Source: Squalus acanthias (lineage: Eukaryota). From it: a DNA stretch of 64,000 bases. The position numbers and the translations under genes were made by a program. Location of the stretch: positions 95,730,001 to 95,794,000 of the forward strand of contig CM059432.1 of assembly GCA_030390025.1 (NCBI GenBank). The letters are read 5' to 3'. Of the stretch, positions 63,671-64,000 are shown piece by piece. How positions within the stretch are numbered: the first letter of the stretch is position 1; each line of letters begins with the position of its first letter. Under the pieces are notes generated by a model. It did not search any database. It was not told where the DNA came from and saw nothing but the letters and a program-made list of their open reading frames with translations.

Positions 63671-64000
63671 TACGGATTACTTGCGAAGCACTTCTGCCCA
63701 TCCTGGCCCTCAAGGGATCCTTCCAAAAATTATAACATGTAACTTACGTTGGCTTCTTCTGGCAACTCTGCTGCTTCCTGCCAGGTTTCTCTGGCGGGTT
63801 TGCCACTGGGTGGGCCGCCTCCCAAGTTGCAGTAAAAGTATTGCTGTGATTAGGGCCCCACCTGCATCTAGTGGAAGCCTCGGCCAACCTGAAAGTTGGC
63901 AAAGAGAAGATGGTGGTGGGCGGGAATGGAGAGAACTTGGGACGGTAAGTCGAATCACCTGATTTGAACCCCTTCAATGCACCATCCTGGGGGGTTAAAA

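Overview
This is eukaryotic DNA, most likely from a cartilaginous fish (shark): the repeat set matches CR1/HER1-type LINEs, L2, RTE/BovB-like LINEs, Deu-domain SacSINE1-like SINEs and Penelope-like elements. Most of the window, and most of the long ORFs in the track, are transposon-derived. These include several nested insertions and many PIF/Harbinger-type MITEs. One host gene can be assembled by hand on the minus strand from four phase-compatible coding exons (46973-46919, 41294-41126, 36392-36284, 36200-36076). It encodes a ~152-aa protein with a signal peptide and His-His-Cys motifs typical of the permuted papain-like NlpC/P60 (LRAT/PPPDE-like) superfamily. A 1-nt frameshift sits three codons before the catalytic Cys. 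Penelope-type tails carry minimal hammerhead ribozymes, two of them in short non-coding elements flanked by target-site duplications (TSDs). No rRNA, true tRNA, CRISPR or prokaryotic operons were seen. Repeat boundaries are approximate unless TSDs or terminal inverted repeats (TIRs) are quoted. Family names come from motif recognition, not database searches.
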